62,981 nucleotides of DNA from Lewinella sp. (GTDB lineage: Bacteria > Bacteroidota > Bacteroidia > Chitinophagales > Saprospiraceae). Where the stretch lies: NCBI GenBank assembly GCA_045110355.1, contig JBGCFZ010000282.1, positions 1-62,981 of the forward strand, written 5' to 3'. The notes beneath the pieces are model-generated. The model had not been told where the DNA came from and ran no database searches. It saw only the letters and a program-made list of their open reading frames with translations. Of the stretch, positions 30,819 through 39,402 are shown piece by piece. The position numbers and the translations under genes are program-made. Each line of letters starts with the position of its first letter. Position 1 is the stretch's first letter.

Positions 30819-32201
30819 ATGACAATTGACCAGATCTATACAGGGTGCCTTGCCCAGGGAGCTTACTACATTGAGAGCGCCGGAGAAGCAGCGATCATTG
30901 ACCCGCTGCGAAGCCCTGAGCCATACCTACGCCGTGCCAAGGAAGCTGGCAGTAAGATCAAGTACATTTTTGAGACGCATTTTCATGCTGATTTCGTAAG
31001 CGGGCACCTTGATCTGGCCGCTTCGTCGGGTGCTACCATCGTTTACGGCCCGGGAGCCAAGACGGATTACGAGAAGTATGAGGCTCACGATATGGAGGAG
31101 TTTAAACTCGGAGATGTAACCATCCGAGCCCTGCATACCCCCGGTCATACGCTGGAGAGTACCACCTATTTATTGCTCGATGAACAGGGGAGGCCCAAGG
31201 CTATTTTTTCAGGAGATACCCTCTTCATTGGTGATGTTGGCCGACCGGACCTCGCTCAGAAAAAAGGGGCATTGACGATGGAAGATTTGGCGGGGCTGCT
31301 GTATGACAGTCTTCGACGTAAGATCATGGTCTTGCCCGATGATGTGATTGTGTATCCCGCACATGGCGCAGGCTCCGCCTGTGGTAAAAAAATGAGTCGC
31401 GAAACGCAGGATACCCTGGGCAACCAGAAAGCTACCAACTATGCCCTGCGGGCTGATATGACCCGCCAGGAGTTTGTTAGGGAAGTAACGGAAGGTCTTT
31501 TGCCTCCACCAGCGTACTTCAGTGAGAACGTTAGAATGAATAAACAGGGATACGAATCTTTTGCCGAGGTAATGGACCGCGGCGCCGTAGCCCTCTCTCC
31601 CGCTGCCTTCGAGAAAGTTGCCAACGACCAGCGACCGCTGATTCTGGATGTACGGGATAAGGCTGATTTTGTCCGGGGCTTTGTTCCCAATAGCATCTTT
31701 ATCGGACTTGACGGTAGTTTTGCCCCCTGGGCGGGAGAGCTGATTCCTGATTTGCAGCAGCCGATATTATTAGTTGCAGCACCAGGTAGAGAAGCGGAGG
31801 CTGTGGAACGATTGAGTAGGGTGGGCTATGACCAAACGCTTGGCTACCTGGAAGGCGGAATTGCCGCCTGGAAGGCCGCTGGCGGTGAAATTGACACCAT
31901 TGATACAATTGGTGCAGAAGAGTTCAATGAGCCCTTCAGTCAAGGACAGGCTGCCCACATAATAGATGTGCGCAAGGTAAGTGAATACGAAAATGGCCAC
32001 CTTGCCAAAGCCGTCAATATCCCCTTGGCTTCCCTCAATGGGCGTATGAAGGAACTCATCCCGGAAAACAAATATTACCTCCACTGTGGTAGTGGGTATC
32101 GTTCCACAATTGCCGCTAGCCTGCTTAAATCTCGTGGATTCGATGAGCTGATTAATGTACAAGATAAGGTTGCAGACATCCTGGCACTGGAAACGGTATA
32201 G
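30819..32201 (+). CDS. MBL-fold hydrolase (persulfide dioxygenase-like) fused to rhodanese domains
   Basis: ETHFHADFVSGH, TPGHT, GDVGRPDL, PAHGAGSACG; C-terminal rhodanese HCGSGYRS. Confidence 0.92.
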   Translation: MTIDQIYTGCLAQGAYYIESAGEAAIIDPLRSPEPYLRRAKEAGSKIKYIFETHFHADFVSGHLDLAASSGATIVYGPGAKTDYEKYEAHDMEEFKLGDVTIRALHTPGHTLESTTYLLLDEQGRPKAIFSGDTLFIGDVGRPDLAQKKGALTMEDLAGLLYDSLRRKIMVLPDDVIVYPAHGAGSACGKKMSRETQDTLGNQKATNYALRADMTRQEFVREVTEGLLPPPAYFSENVRMNKQGYESFAEVMDRGAVALSPAAFEKVANDQRPLILDVRDKADFVRGFVPNSIFIGLDGSFAPWAGELIPDLQQPILLVAAPGREAEAVERLSRVGYDQTLGYLEGGIAAWKAAGGEIDTIDTIGAEEFNEPFSQGQAAHIIDVRKVSEYENGHLAKAVNIPLASLNGRMKELIPENKYYLHCGSGYRSTIAASLLKSRGFDELINVQDKVADILALETV

Positions 32202-32228
32202 ATCAATCACCTCGTTACCTAACGCGCA

Positions 32229-33932
32229 ATGGCTGGCTGGTTTCCTCATCCTAAAGACTACCGTACTACTGACTCGCTCTCTGATCTGACCGCAGGCCTT
32301 ACACTGGGTATTCTCCTGATTCCACAGGCCATGGCCTACGGAATGCTGGCAGGAGTAGACCCTGTATACGGACTTTATGCGGCCCTGATTCCCCTGGCAT
32401 TGTACACACTGCTGGCGTCAACTCCTCATGTTTCCGTCGGTCCTACGGCACTGGCCTCTTTGCTCTGCCTCAATGGTCTTTCTGGCATTGCGGATCCTGG
32501 AACCTCTGAGTACCTGGCCTATGCGGTACTACTCGGAGGACTTACGGGAGCCCTTCACCTGTTGTTTGGGTTACTAAGGTTGGGAGGCATTGTCAGCCTT
32601 CTCAGCCGACCGGTACTTTCGGGGTTCGTTTCCGCTGCAGCCGTGCTCATTATGGTTTCTCAACTCGATGCTCTTCTGGGAATTCCTTCCGTCGCTACCG
32701 GACAGTTCCATGTTTCCCTGTGGGGGCTGATGGCCGGAACTCCGAACCTTCATTTGCCAACAGCAGTACTTGGCGTTGGCGCTTTTCTCGCCTTACTGGC
32801 AGCCGGGCGCTGGCTGCCTCGCCGATTTCCGACTATGCTGATGTTGATCGTAGTCTCTACGGCAATTGTATCGCTGTTCGGAAAGGGGTGGGGGGTGGCT
32901 ACCGTTGAAGATATTCCGGCAGGACTTCCGGTATTTTCCATGCCGGTTGTCGAGCTAGATATTTTGAAACAGTTGTTTCCGGTTGCATTGGTTATGGCGC
33001 TGATTAGCTTTATTGAGACTTTATCGATCGGTAAGACTTTTGCCCCCAACCACAATTACTACAGAATTGCTCCCGACCGGGAATCTATTGCGCTTGGAAT
33101 AGCTAAAATCGGAGGAGCCTTTTTTCAGGCAATCCCTTCTTCTGCAAGCTTTAGCCGTTCTGCAGTTCTGGAAGAGGGAGGAGGTAAAAGTGCGCTAAGC
33201 AGTCTTGTTGCCTTGCTTTTATTACTCTTGGTCCTACTATTTTTCACTCCCCTATTCTATTTTCTTCCAATTCCTGTGCTGGCTGCCATCATTATTTATT
33301 CTATTCGGAATTTATTTGATCTGGGAGAAATGCGCAGACTTTGGAAGTTAGCTCCAAAGGAGTTCGCTACCTTGATGATCACCTTTGTTTTCACCTTGTT
33401 TGCCGGCCTGCAATACGGAATTGCCGGAGGGGTATTACTCTCTCTGGTATTCGTTTTTTGGCGGGCGGCCCGGCCGCATCTGGCTGAGTTGGGCCGTGTT
33501 CCGGGAACCAATGCATTCCGTAATCGGAAAAGATTTGAAGAAGCGGAAGTTGATCCTGCTATCCTTCTGGTCCGGTTTGATGCTGAGTTGTACTTTGGAA
33601 ATGCTGAGTACTTCCGGGATAGGATGGAGGCACTTGTCCGTGAACGGGGAGAGGCGCTTCGTGTAGTCATCATTGATGGTCATACAATTAATGACATCGA
33701 TACTTCCGGCCTTTTTGAGCTGACCCGTTTCCTGGAAGCACTGGAGAAGCAAAGTGTCAGCTTGTACCTATGCGGAATAATCGGCCCGGTACGAGACAAG
33801 CTTTTTGGCTGTGGCTTAATGGAGCGTATGGGGGCTGCCCATAATTTCCTGTCGATCCAGAGTGCACTGGATCATTTGGAAGACAATCCGGATGATCGCG
33901 GTTGGGATGCTCCGGCGGTACAGCACGGATAG
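32229..33932 (+). CDS. SulP family anion transporter with STAS domain
   Basis: DLTAG...IPQAMAYG.LAG..PVYGLY, SFSRSA, STAS LYFGNA...DIDTSG. Confidence 0.93.
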   Translation: MAGWFPHPKDYRTTDSLSDLTAGLTLGILLIPQAMAYGMLAGVDPVYGLYAALIPLALYTLLASTPHVSVGPTALASLLCLNGLSGIADPGTSEYLAYAVLLGGLTGALHLLFGLLRLGGIVSLLSRPVLSGFVSAAAVLIMVSQLDALLGIPSVATGQFHVSLWGLMAGTPNLHLPTAVLGVGAFLALLAAGRWLPRRFPTMLMLIVVSTAIVSLFGKGWGVATVEDIPAGLPVFSMPVVELDILKQLFPVALVMALISFIETLSIGKTFAPNHNYYRIAPDRESIALGIAKIGGAFFQAIPSSASFSRSAVLEEGGGKSALSSLVALLLLLLVLLFFTPLFYFLPIPVLAAIIIYSIRNLFDLGEMRRLWKLAPKEFATLMITFVFTLFAGLQYGIAGGVLLSLVFVFWRAARPHLAELGRVPGTNAFRNRKRFEEAEVDPAILLVRFDAELYFGNAEYFRDRMEALVRERGEALRVVIIDGHTINDIDTSGLFELTRFLEALEKQSVSLYLCGIIGPVRDKLFGCGLMERMGAAHNFLSIQSALDHLEDNPDDRGWDAPAVQHG

Positions 33933-34209
33933 GAAGGAGAAATACTTACTGAACCAACGTTCTCCACTTTCAGGCCGTCTTTCGTACCGTAACGATTGGT
34001 TGAGCTATTCCTCTTTGTTGTGAAAAACGATTCCTTCTATTCTGCCAGGGTAAGGGATGGAAGATCACCATTCACCCGACACAAAGTGGTTTGGAAAATG
34101 GTCTGGCGCTGAGCAACTGCGAGCGCTACGAACTGTAAGCTAATCATATCCCAAACCTTTGCGGTTTGCGTATATCTTTGCACCCTTTCCCCCCCAATAA
34201 CTGAAGAGA

Positions 34210-35136
34210 ATGAAAAAGATACCCCTGCTCCTACTTGCCCTTACTGGTTTGATATTTTCCGCATGCGGTGGGCTTGATGACGACAACCAGCCCCCCCAGG
34301 GAATTGACGATCGGCCAATTCTGGAAATTATGGATGGTAGCCCGGAGTTCTCGACGTTTGTTGAAGCGCTTACCCAGGCAAGATTGGATCTGACCATTTC
34401 GGGAGGGGCTATTTTTACCGTCTTTGCACCAACTAATGCAGCTTTTGCTGCCTCTGGTCTCGACCTGAATACCGTAGATTCAATTGAATTGGAGAACATC
34501 CTGCGCTACCATCTACAGGCCGGTGTCCTGCGTACCCGAGCGTCGTTTTTAGAAGGACAGCTTTATGTGAGCACTGCAAACACTGATAGCCCGGACAATA
34601 GCAGCGTACAACTTTTTGTCGAGCGCCTAGGAGATGACATACAACTTAACGGCAGCACCACCGTAGAAAACCCACAAATCCTCGGCAATAATGGAATTAT
34701 CCATCCCATCGATCAGGTGTTATTTCCACCTACAGTCGGAGATATGATTCGGCAAAACTCGCTGCTCTCCGAATTTTCCGCACTATTTGACGAGGCCAAT
34801 CCATTGGCTAGCGGAACTCCCCTGCTGGACTCCCTTACTTCCGGCAACCTGTTCACTGTTTTTGCCCCCATTAATAGTGAATTTATGCCTAACCCTCCGC
34901 TTAGTGATGCTCAATTACTTGAGGTCCTACTCTACCACATTGTTGGAGGCCGGAGTACGCGGTTTAATGATTTTCCTGGTACACTAACAACCTTGCAGGG
35001 AGACCAATTACTATTTACGGGAAGAACCGTTCGGACGACAAGTCCACAATCACTAACTCTGCGCTTCGAAGACATTCAGGCAACAAACGGTATCCTTCAC
35101 CTGGTGTCAGAAGTAATGTTGCCCGCAGGCTTGTAA
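34210..35136 (+). CDS. Fasciclin (FAS1) domain lipoprotein, 2 domains
   Basis: Lipobox FSAC; FTVFAPTNAAF, NGIIHPIDQVL, second TVFAP...NGILHLV. Confidence 0.92.
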   Translation: MKKIPLLLLALTGLIFSACGGLDDDNQPPQGIDDRPILEIMDGSPEFSTFVEALTQARLDLTISGGAIFTVFAPTNAAFAASGLDLNTVDSIELENILRYHLQAGVLRTRASFLEGQLYVSTANTDSPDNSSVQLFVERLGDDIQLNGSTTVENPQILGNNGIIHPIDQVLFPPTVGDMIRQNSLLSEFSALFDEANPLASGTPLLDSLTSGNLFTVFAPINSEFMPNPPLSDAQLLEVLLYHIVGGRSTRFNDFPGTLTTLQGDQLLFTGRTVRTTSPQSLTLRFEDIQATNGILHLVSEVMLPAGL

Positions 35137-35175
35137 GACAACCTGCAATAAACTCCTACAGGCATAATTGTTTTG

Positions 35176-35213
35176 ATATGGCCCGTCTTTGAAAATACGA
35201 AGCCGGGCCATAT
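35176..35213 (+). terminator. Hairpin, probable terminator
   Basis: atatggcccg...cgggccatat. Confidence 0.55.
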
Positions 35214-35548
35214 TAATTTTATTAACTTAATTGTTGTCTAAACTTATATTTAATTAGTTATTTGGAAAGAGTCTTGTTCTTGTTTAGACTTATATGTTGT
35301 TAATTATATTGATAGAAGGGTTATTCCTTTTTCGATCGCTTAGACGCATGGAAAACTCCGTTTGTTTGTTGCGAATTAAGGTTTTTTCACCTTTAACATT
35401 TTAAACGTTAAAAAATAAAATTAAGGTGGTGTCTCCGGAACTATTTATATCTGGTTTTCTTAGAAAAAGCAACAATAACCCAATCCATTAAACCCGCGGA
35501 AATGCCTAGGCCCACTTAACAGCGTGCATTCCGCCTTAAATAATTATT

Positions 35549-36925
35549 ATGCGTAACCTATCCACCGGATGGACAGTCATCCTTTTGCTTTTTATCTTCG
35601 GTTTTTCTTCTTGTGATGATGATCAGGATGTGCCCAACAACCCCGTAATCGGTACTGCCTTTGACGTTGCTTCAGGGGACGATCGGTTCACAGTGCTAAC
35701 GGCAGCGTTGGAGCGTACCGGCCTCGACAATGCCCTTGATGTACCTACCGCAAGACTTACTGTTTTTGCGCCGACTGATGCCGCCTTTGCTGCGTCAGGT
35801 ATCGACTTGAGTGCATTGTCTGACGAGGCACTCACCAACGTTTTGCTGTATCACGTTGTCCGTGGCCAGAGCCTCTTGTCCGCTACTATCCCAAGCGGAC
35901 GTACTCCGCTGGATACCGAAAATAAAACGGGGCCTGAGGGTAGTGCTTTGCCACTATTCGTAGACAATAACGGTGGTACCATTAATATTAATGAAAGTGC
36001 GACCGTAGTTGCGGCCGACGTACAGGTCGTGAATGGTGTGATCCACGGCATCGACCAGGTACTTTTGCCACCCTCCATCCTTGATCGGGCGCGGCTCGAT
36101 GGTCGTTTTACTACACTGATTGCTGCACTTGAGCGTACCGAGCTGGATGATGTAGTAGCCGGTGAAGGAGACTTTACTGTATTCGCTCCTACTGATGACG
36201 CATTTGCCGCCGCTAATATTGACCTGGACGCAGTAACTGACGAAGACCTGAAGGAATTATTACTCTACCACGTATTGGGACAGAGTATACCTGCCGGCCG
36301 TATTGCTTCCGGTAACAGCTTTGTGACTACCCTCAATACCTCAGGCCCGGACGACGAATCATTGTCGCTGTTGATTGATCTTTCTGACGGAAACGTCACG
36401 CTAAATGCTGACGCTGCGGTCGTAGTTCCCGACGTCTATGCCACAAATGGTGTGGTGCACGCCCTTGATAAGGTGCTGGCATACCAAAGCATCGTGGACT
36501 TTACCGTTAAAGCAGACGGAGTCTCTGAACTGGAAGCAGCCGTAGTGGCCGCAGGCTTGGTAGGAACGCTGAGTGCAGATGGACCATTCACGGTCTTTGC
36601 CCCGGTGAATGCTGCTTTTGAGGCAATTGCCGATACTGTTTCCACCCTGTCTGTGGAACGCGTGGCCAGTATATTAGCTGCACACGTTGCCAACGGCAAC
36701 GTCACCAGCGATGAACTGACGGAGACGATGGTCAGTACCTTGAACATGGACTATATGGTCAATCTACAAATCAACCCTGGGGCAGATTCTAATTCTACGG
36801 ACGATGACTTTTTCCAGATCGCCACTTCCGATTCAACGGCCGTTAACTTTATCCTGACGGACATCCAGGGGACAAACGGTGTTATTCACCTGATCGACGA
36901 AGTGTTGCTCCCGGCAAATTTTTAA
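35549..36925 (+). CDS. Fasciclin (FAS1) domain lipoprotein, 3 domains
   Basis: Lipobox FSSC; three TVFAP..AF / NGV.H.ID.VL units. Confidence 0.93.
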   Translation: MRNLSTGWTVILLLFIFGFSSCDDDQDVPNNPVIGTAFDVASGDDRFTVLTAALERTGLDNALDVPTARLTVFAPTDAAFAASGIDLSALSDEALTNVLLYHVVRGQSLLSATIPSGRTPLDTENKTGPEGSALPLFVDNNGGTININESATVVAADVQVVNGVIHGIDQVLLPPSILDRARLDGRFTTLIAALERTELDDVVAGEGDFTVFAPTDDAFAAANIDLDAVTDEDLKELLLYHVLGQSIPAGRIASGNSFVTTLNTSGPDDESLSLLIDLSDGNVTLNADAAVVVPDVYATNGVVHALDKVLAYQSIVDFTVKADGVSELEAAVVAAGLVGTLSADGPFTVFAPVNAAFEAIADTVSTLSVERVASILAAHVANGNVTSDELTETMVSTLNMDYMVNLQINPGADSNSTDDDFFQIATSDSTAVNFILTDIQGTNGVIHLIDEVLLPANF

Positions 36926-36982
36926 TGCCAGCAGGAGGTCCGTGAGCTAATAGACTCGTCTTCCGGCTCCCTTAAGCAATTT

Positions 36983-37002
36983 TTGCATCCTGCGTTCGCG
37001 CC
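36983..37002 (-). repeat. Degenerate family-1 repeat
   Basis: ttgcatcctgcgttcgcgcc. Confidence 0.5.
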
Positions 37003-37005
37003 GGA

Positions 37006-37045
37006 AAAAGCGTCGGGAAATCACCTTGGTTTTCCGGCGCTTTTT
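37006..37045 (+). terminator. Intrinsic terminator after the fasciclin gene
   Basis: aaaagcgtcgggaaa...tttccggcgcttttt. Confidence 0.75.
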
Positions 37046-37087
37046 AATTATTCGAACCGGCATTAAACCCATTTGCCCGCAAAGCGT

Positions 37088-37150
37088 TATCTTTGCATCA
37101 CAAGGCCGTTAAAAGCACCCGGAGGGAATCGTTTAGATTCCCTCTTTTTT
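37088..37150 (+). promoter_or_regulatory. rimP operon promoter (-7 TAtcTTTG) and leader terminator-like hairpin
   Basis: tatctttg at 37088; gagggaatc-gttta-gattccctc-tttttt at 37122-37150. Confidence 0.7.
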
Positions 37151-37173
37151 GTGCCATAACTACTCAGTTTTTT

Positions 37174-37190
37174 GGCGCGGACGCAGGTGC
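37174..37190 (+). repeat. Family-1 repeat variant in the rimP leader
   Basis: ggcgcggacgcaggtgc. Confidence 0.7.
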
Positions 37191-37222
37191 CGGGAATGGT
37201 TTAAACGCAAAGAGTACACCCG

Positions 37223-37693
37223 ATGGAAGAGCACATCACCGGAATGCTGGAAGAAATGTTCGCCACCAGCGAGGACTTTACGGACTGTTTTGTGGTCGAC
37301 ATTAACCTTAGCAACACCAAGCTAGATATTTTTGTCGACGCAGACTCGTCCATGACTTTTCGCAAGTGCCAACGCATCAGCCGTTTTGTGGAGGCTTACC
37401 TTGACGAGGAGCAACCACTGGGCGAGAAGTACACCCTCAACGTCAGCAGCCCTGGCGTCGGCCGGCCATTGAAGTTTCACCGCCAGTACGTGAAAAACGT
37501 CGGCAGGAATATGGAAGTGACGACGGAAGACGGTGGAAAGCATGTCGGAAAAATGACGACAGCCGAAGCGGACCACCTGGTCCTGGAAGCTAAAGTCCGA
37601 ATCAAAGAAGGCAAGCGCAAGAAAACGGTGGTGCAGGAAACGAAAATTTCCTACGCCGACATTAAAAAATCAATTGTAAAAATCAGTTTCTAA
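37223..37693 (+). CDS. rimP: Ribosome maturation factor RimP
   Basis: C.RISR...YTLNVSSPGVGRPL...QY.KNVGR; first gene of the nusA-infB cluster. Confidence 0.95.
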   Translation: MEEHITGMLEEMFATSEDFTDCFVVDINLSNTKLDIFVDADSSMTFRKCQRISRFVEAYLDEEQPLGEKYTLNVSSPGVGRPLKFHRQYVKNVGRNMEVTTEDGGKHVGKMTTAEADHLVLEAKVRIKEGKRKKTVVQETKISYADIKKSIVKISF

Positions 37694-37695
37694 CT

Positions 37696-39117
37696 ATGAA
37701 TCTAGTAGAAATCTTTAAGGACTTCAGCTCCGGAAAAGCTATTGACAGCCCCACTATGGTGCGGGTGCTGGAAGACGTATTCCGGACCCTGATCAAGAAG
37801 AAATTTACCACCGATGAAAATTTCAACATCATCGTGAACGCCAACCGGGGAGACCTGGAACTCTGGCGCGTTCGAGAAATTGTACCCGATGGTGAAGTGA
37901 CCGATGAACTGGCCGAAATTTCCTTTTCGGAGGCCCTGGCGGTCGATGAAGACTACGAAGTAGGAGAAGAATGCTACCAGCAACTCTTTCTCGAAGACTT
38001 TGGCCGTCGTTCGATCATGGCTGCACGGCAGACGCTTATCAGCCGGATCATGGACCTTGAGAAAGACGAGCTCTACCGCAGCTACACCGAACGCGTTGGC
38101 GATCTGGTGCTTTGCGAAGTACAGCAGATTCTCAAGCGTGAGATTCTGGTGATCGACGATGCCAACGGTCGCGAACTTGTCATGCCTCGGGTGGAAACCA
38201 TCCGCGGAGACTATTTCCGGAAGGGAGATATGGTTCGTGGCATTATTAAGGAAGTGGAGATGCGCAATAACAATAACCCCGTGGTTATCGTCTCGCGTAC
38301 CGACGAACGCTTCCTGGCTAAACTGATGGAACAGGAAGTTCCGGAAATCGAAGATGGTCTGATCACGATTAAGGGCATTGTCCGTATTCCTGGTGAACGT
38401 GCTAAGGTTGCGGTTGAAAGCTACGACGATCGTATTGACCCCGTCGGCGCTTGTGTCGGTATGAAGGGCTCACGTATTCACGGCATCGTCCGGGAACTGA
38501 ATCAGGAAAACATTGATGTTATTCCTTACACCAATAATACCTCACTCTACATTCAGCGTAGTCTGACTCCGGCAAGGGTTTCCAACATCGACCTTGATAT
38601 GGAAGGCCGCCGGGCGAAGGTTTACCTCGAACCAGATCAGGTCAGCCTGGCCATCGGTAAAGGCGGCACGAACATCAAGCTGGCCAGCCGGTTGGTGGAA
38701 TTCGAAATTGATGTCTACCGTAACAACGAAGTGGAGATCGACGATGTCGACCTGGAAGAATTCAAGGATGAAATCGAAATGTGGGTACTGGACGCCTTCA
38801 AATCCATCGGATGTGATACCGCCCGGTCCGTACTCGAGCTCAGCGTTGAAGACTTGGTTCGCCGGACTGACCTTGAGGAAGAGACCGTGTCCAACGTACT
38901 TCGTGTGTTAGCAGCAGAATTTGACGAAGAAGTTAAGGTGGTATCCGCTCCTGCAGCGGACGGACCTGCACCTGCGTCAACTGAAGCGCCGGCTCCCGAA
39001 GCACCTGCTGCTGAAGTTTCTGCCGAGGCAGTAGCCGAAGTTCCTACTGAAGTAGTTGAAGAAGCGCCTGCTGAAGCACCCGTTGCAGAGGCTCCCGCTC
39101 CTGCAGAAGAAGAGTAA
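37696..39117 (+). CDS. nusA: Transcription termination factor NusA with Ala/Pro/Glu-rich tail
   Basis: FGRR....ARQ, RIPGERAKVAV, DPVGACVGMKGSRI, SLAIGKGG.NIKLA. Confidence 0.97.
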   Translation: MNLVEIFKDFSSGKAIDSPTMVRVLEDVFRTLIKKKFTTDENFNIIVNANRGDLELWRVREIVPDGEVTDELAEISFSEALAVDEDYEVGEECYQQLFLEDFGRRSIMAARQTLISRIMDLEKDELYRSYTERVGDLVLCEVQQILKREILVIDDANGRELVMPRVETIRGDYFRKGDMVRGIIKEVEMRNNNNPVVIVSRTDERFLAKLMEQEVPEIEDGLITIKGIVRIPGERAKVAVESYDDRIDPVGACVGMKGSRIHGIVRELNQENIDVIPYTNNTSLYIQRSLTPARVSNIDLDMEGRRAKVYLEPDQVSLAIGKGGTNIKLASRLVEFEIDVYRNNEVEIDDVDLEEFKDEIEMWVLDAFKSIGCDTARSVLELSVEDLVRRTDLEEETVSNVLRVLAAEFDEEVKVVSAPAADGPAPASTEAPAPEAPAAEVSAEAVAEVPTEVVEEAPAEAPVAEAPAPAEEE

Positions 39118-39136
39118 TGACGGAATAGATATCGTT

Positions 39137-39167
39137 GAGCCGGAGGGGCTTCACTCCTCTCCGGCTT
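39137..39167 (+). terminator. Hairpin after nusA
   Basis: gagccggagggg...ctctccggctt; weak U tract. Confidence 0.45.
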
Positions 39168-39256
39168 GACTTTATGCAACTAACTGACTAGAAGGCTTGT
39201 TGAAAAGGTTGTGAAGAGGAAGCGTAACAGATACTGTTTTCTTCTCTCTGTACCTT

Positions 39257-39264
39257 ATCTTTGC
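39257..39264 (+). promoter_or_regulatory. Internal -7 promoter box upstream of infB
   Basis: tatctttg. Confidence 0.6.
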
Positions 39265-39402
39265 CTCGCTTTCCGGAAATTGTTTCGGAAATCTTCCTCT
39301 TAAAGCGGTGTTGGAAAGAGGAAACCACGGCTATTTAGGGTTTTTCTAAATCGCCCCGCGGCAGCACTCCGCGGTTAAATATTGCAGTGCTTAAAAGATC
39401 GA

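Noticed and set aside
38967-38977. tgcacctgcg in the nusA tail as a repeat copy
   Set aside because: Only about 10 bp match, explained by Pro-Ala-Pro-Ala codons
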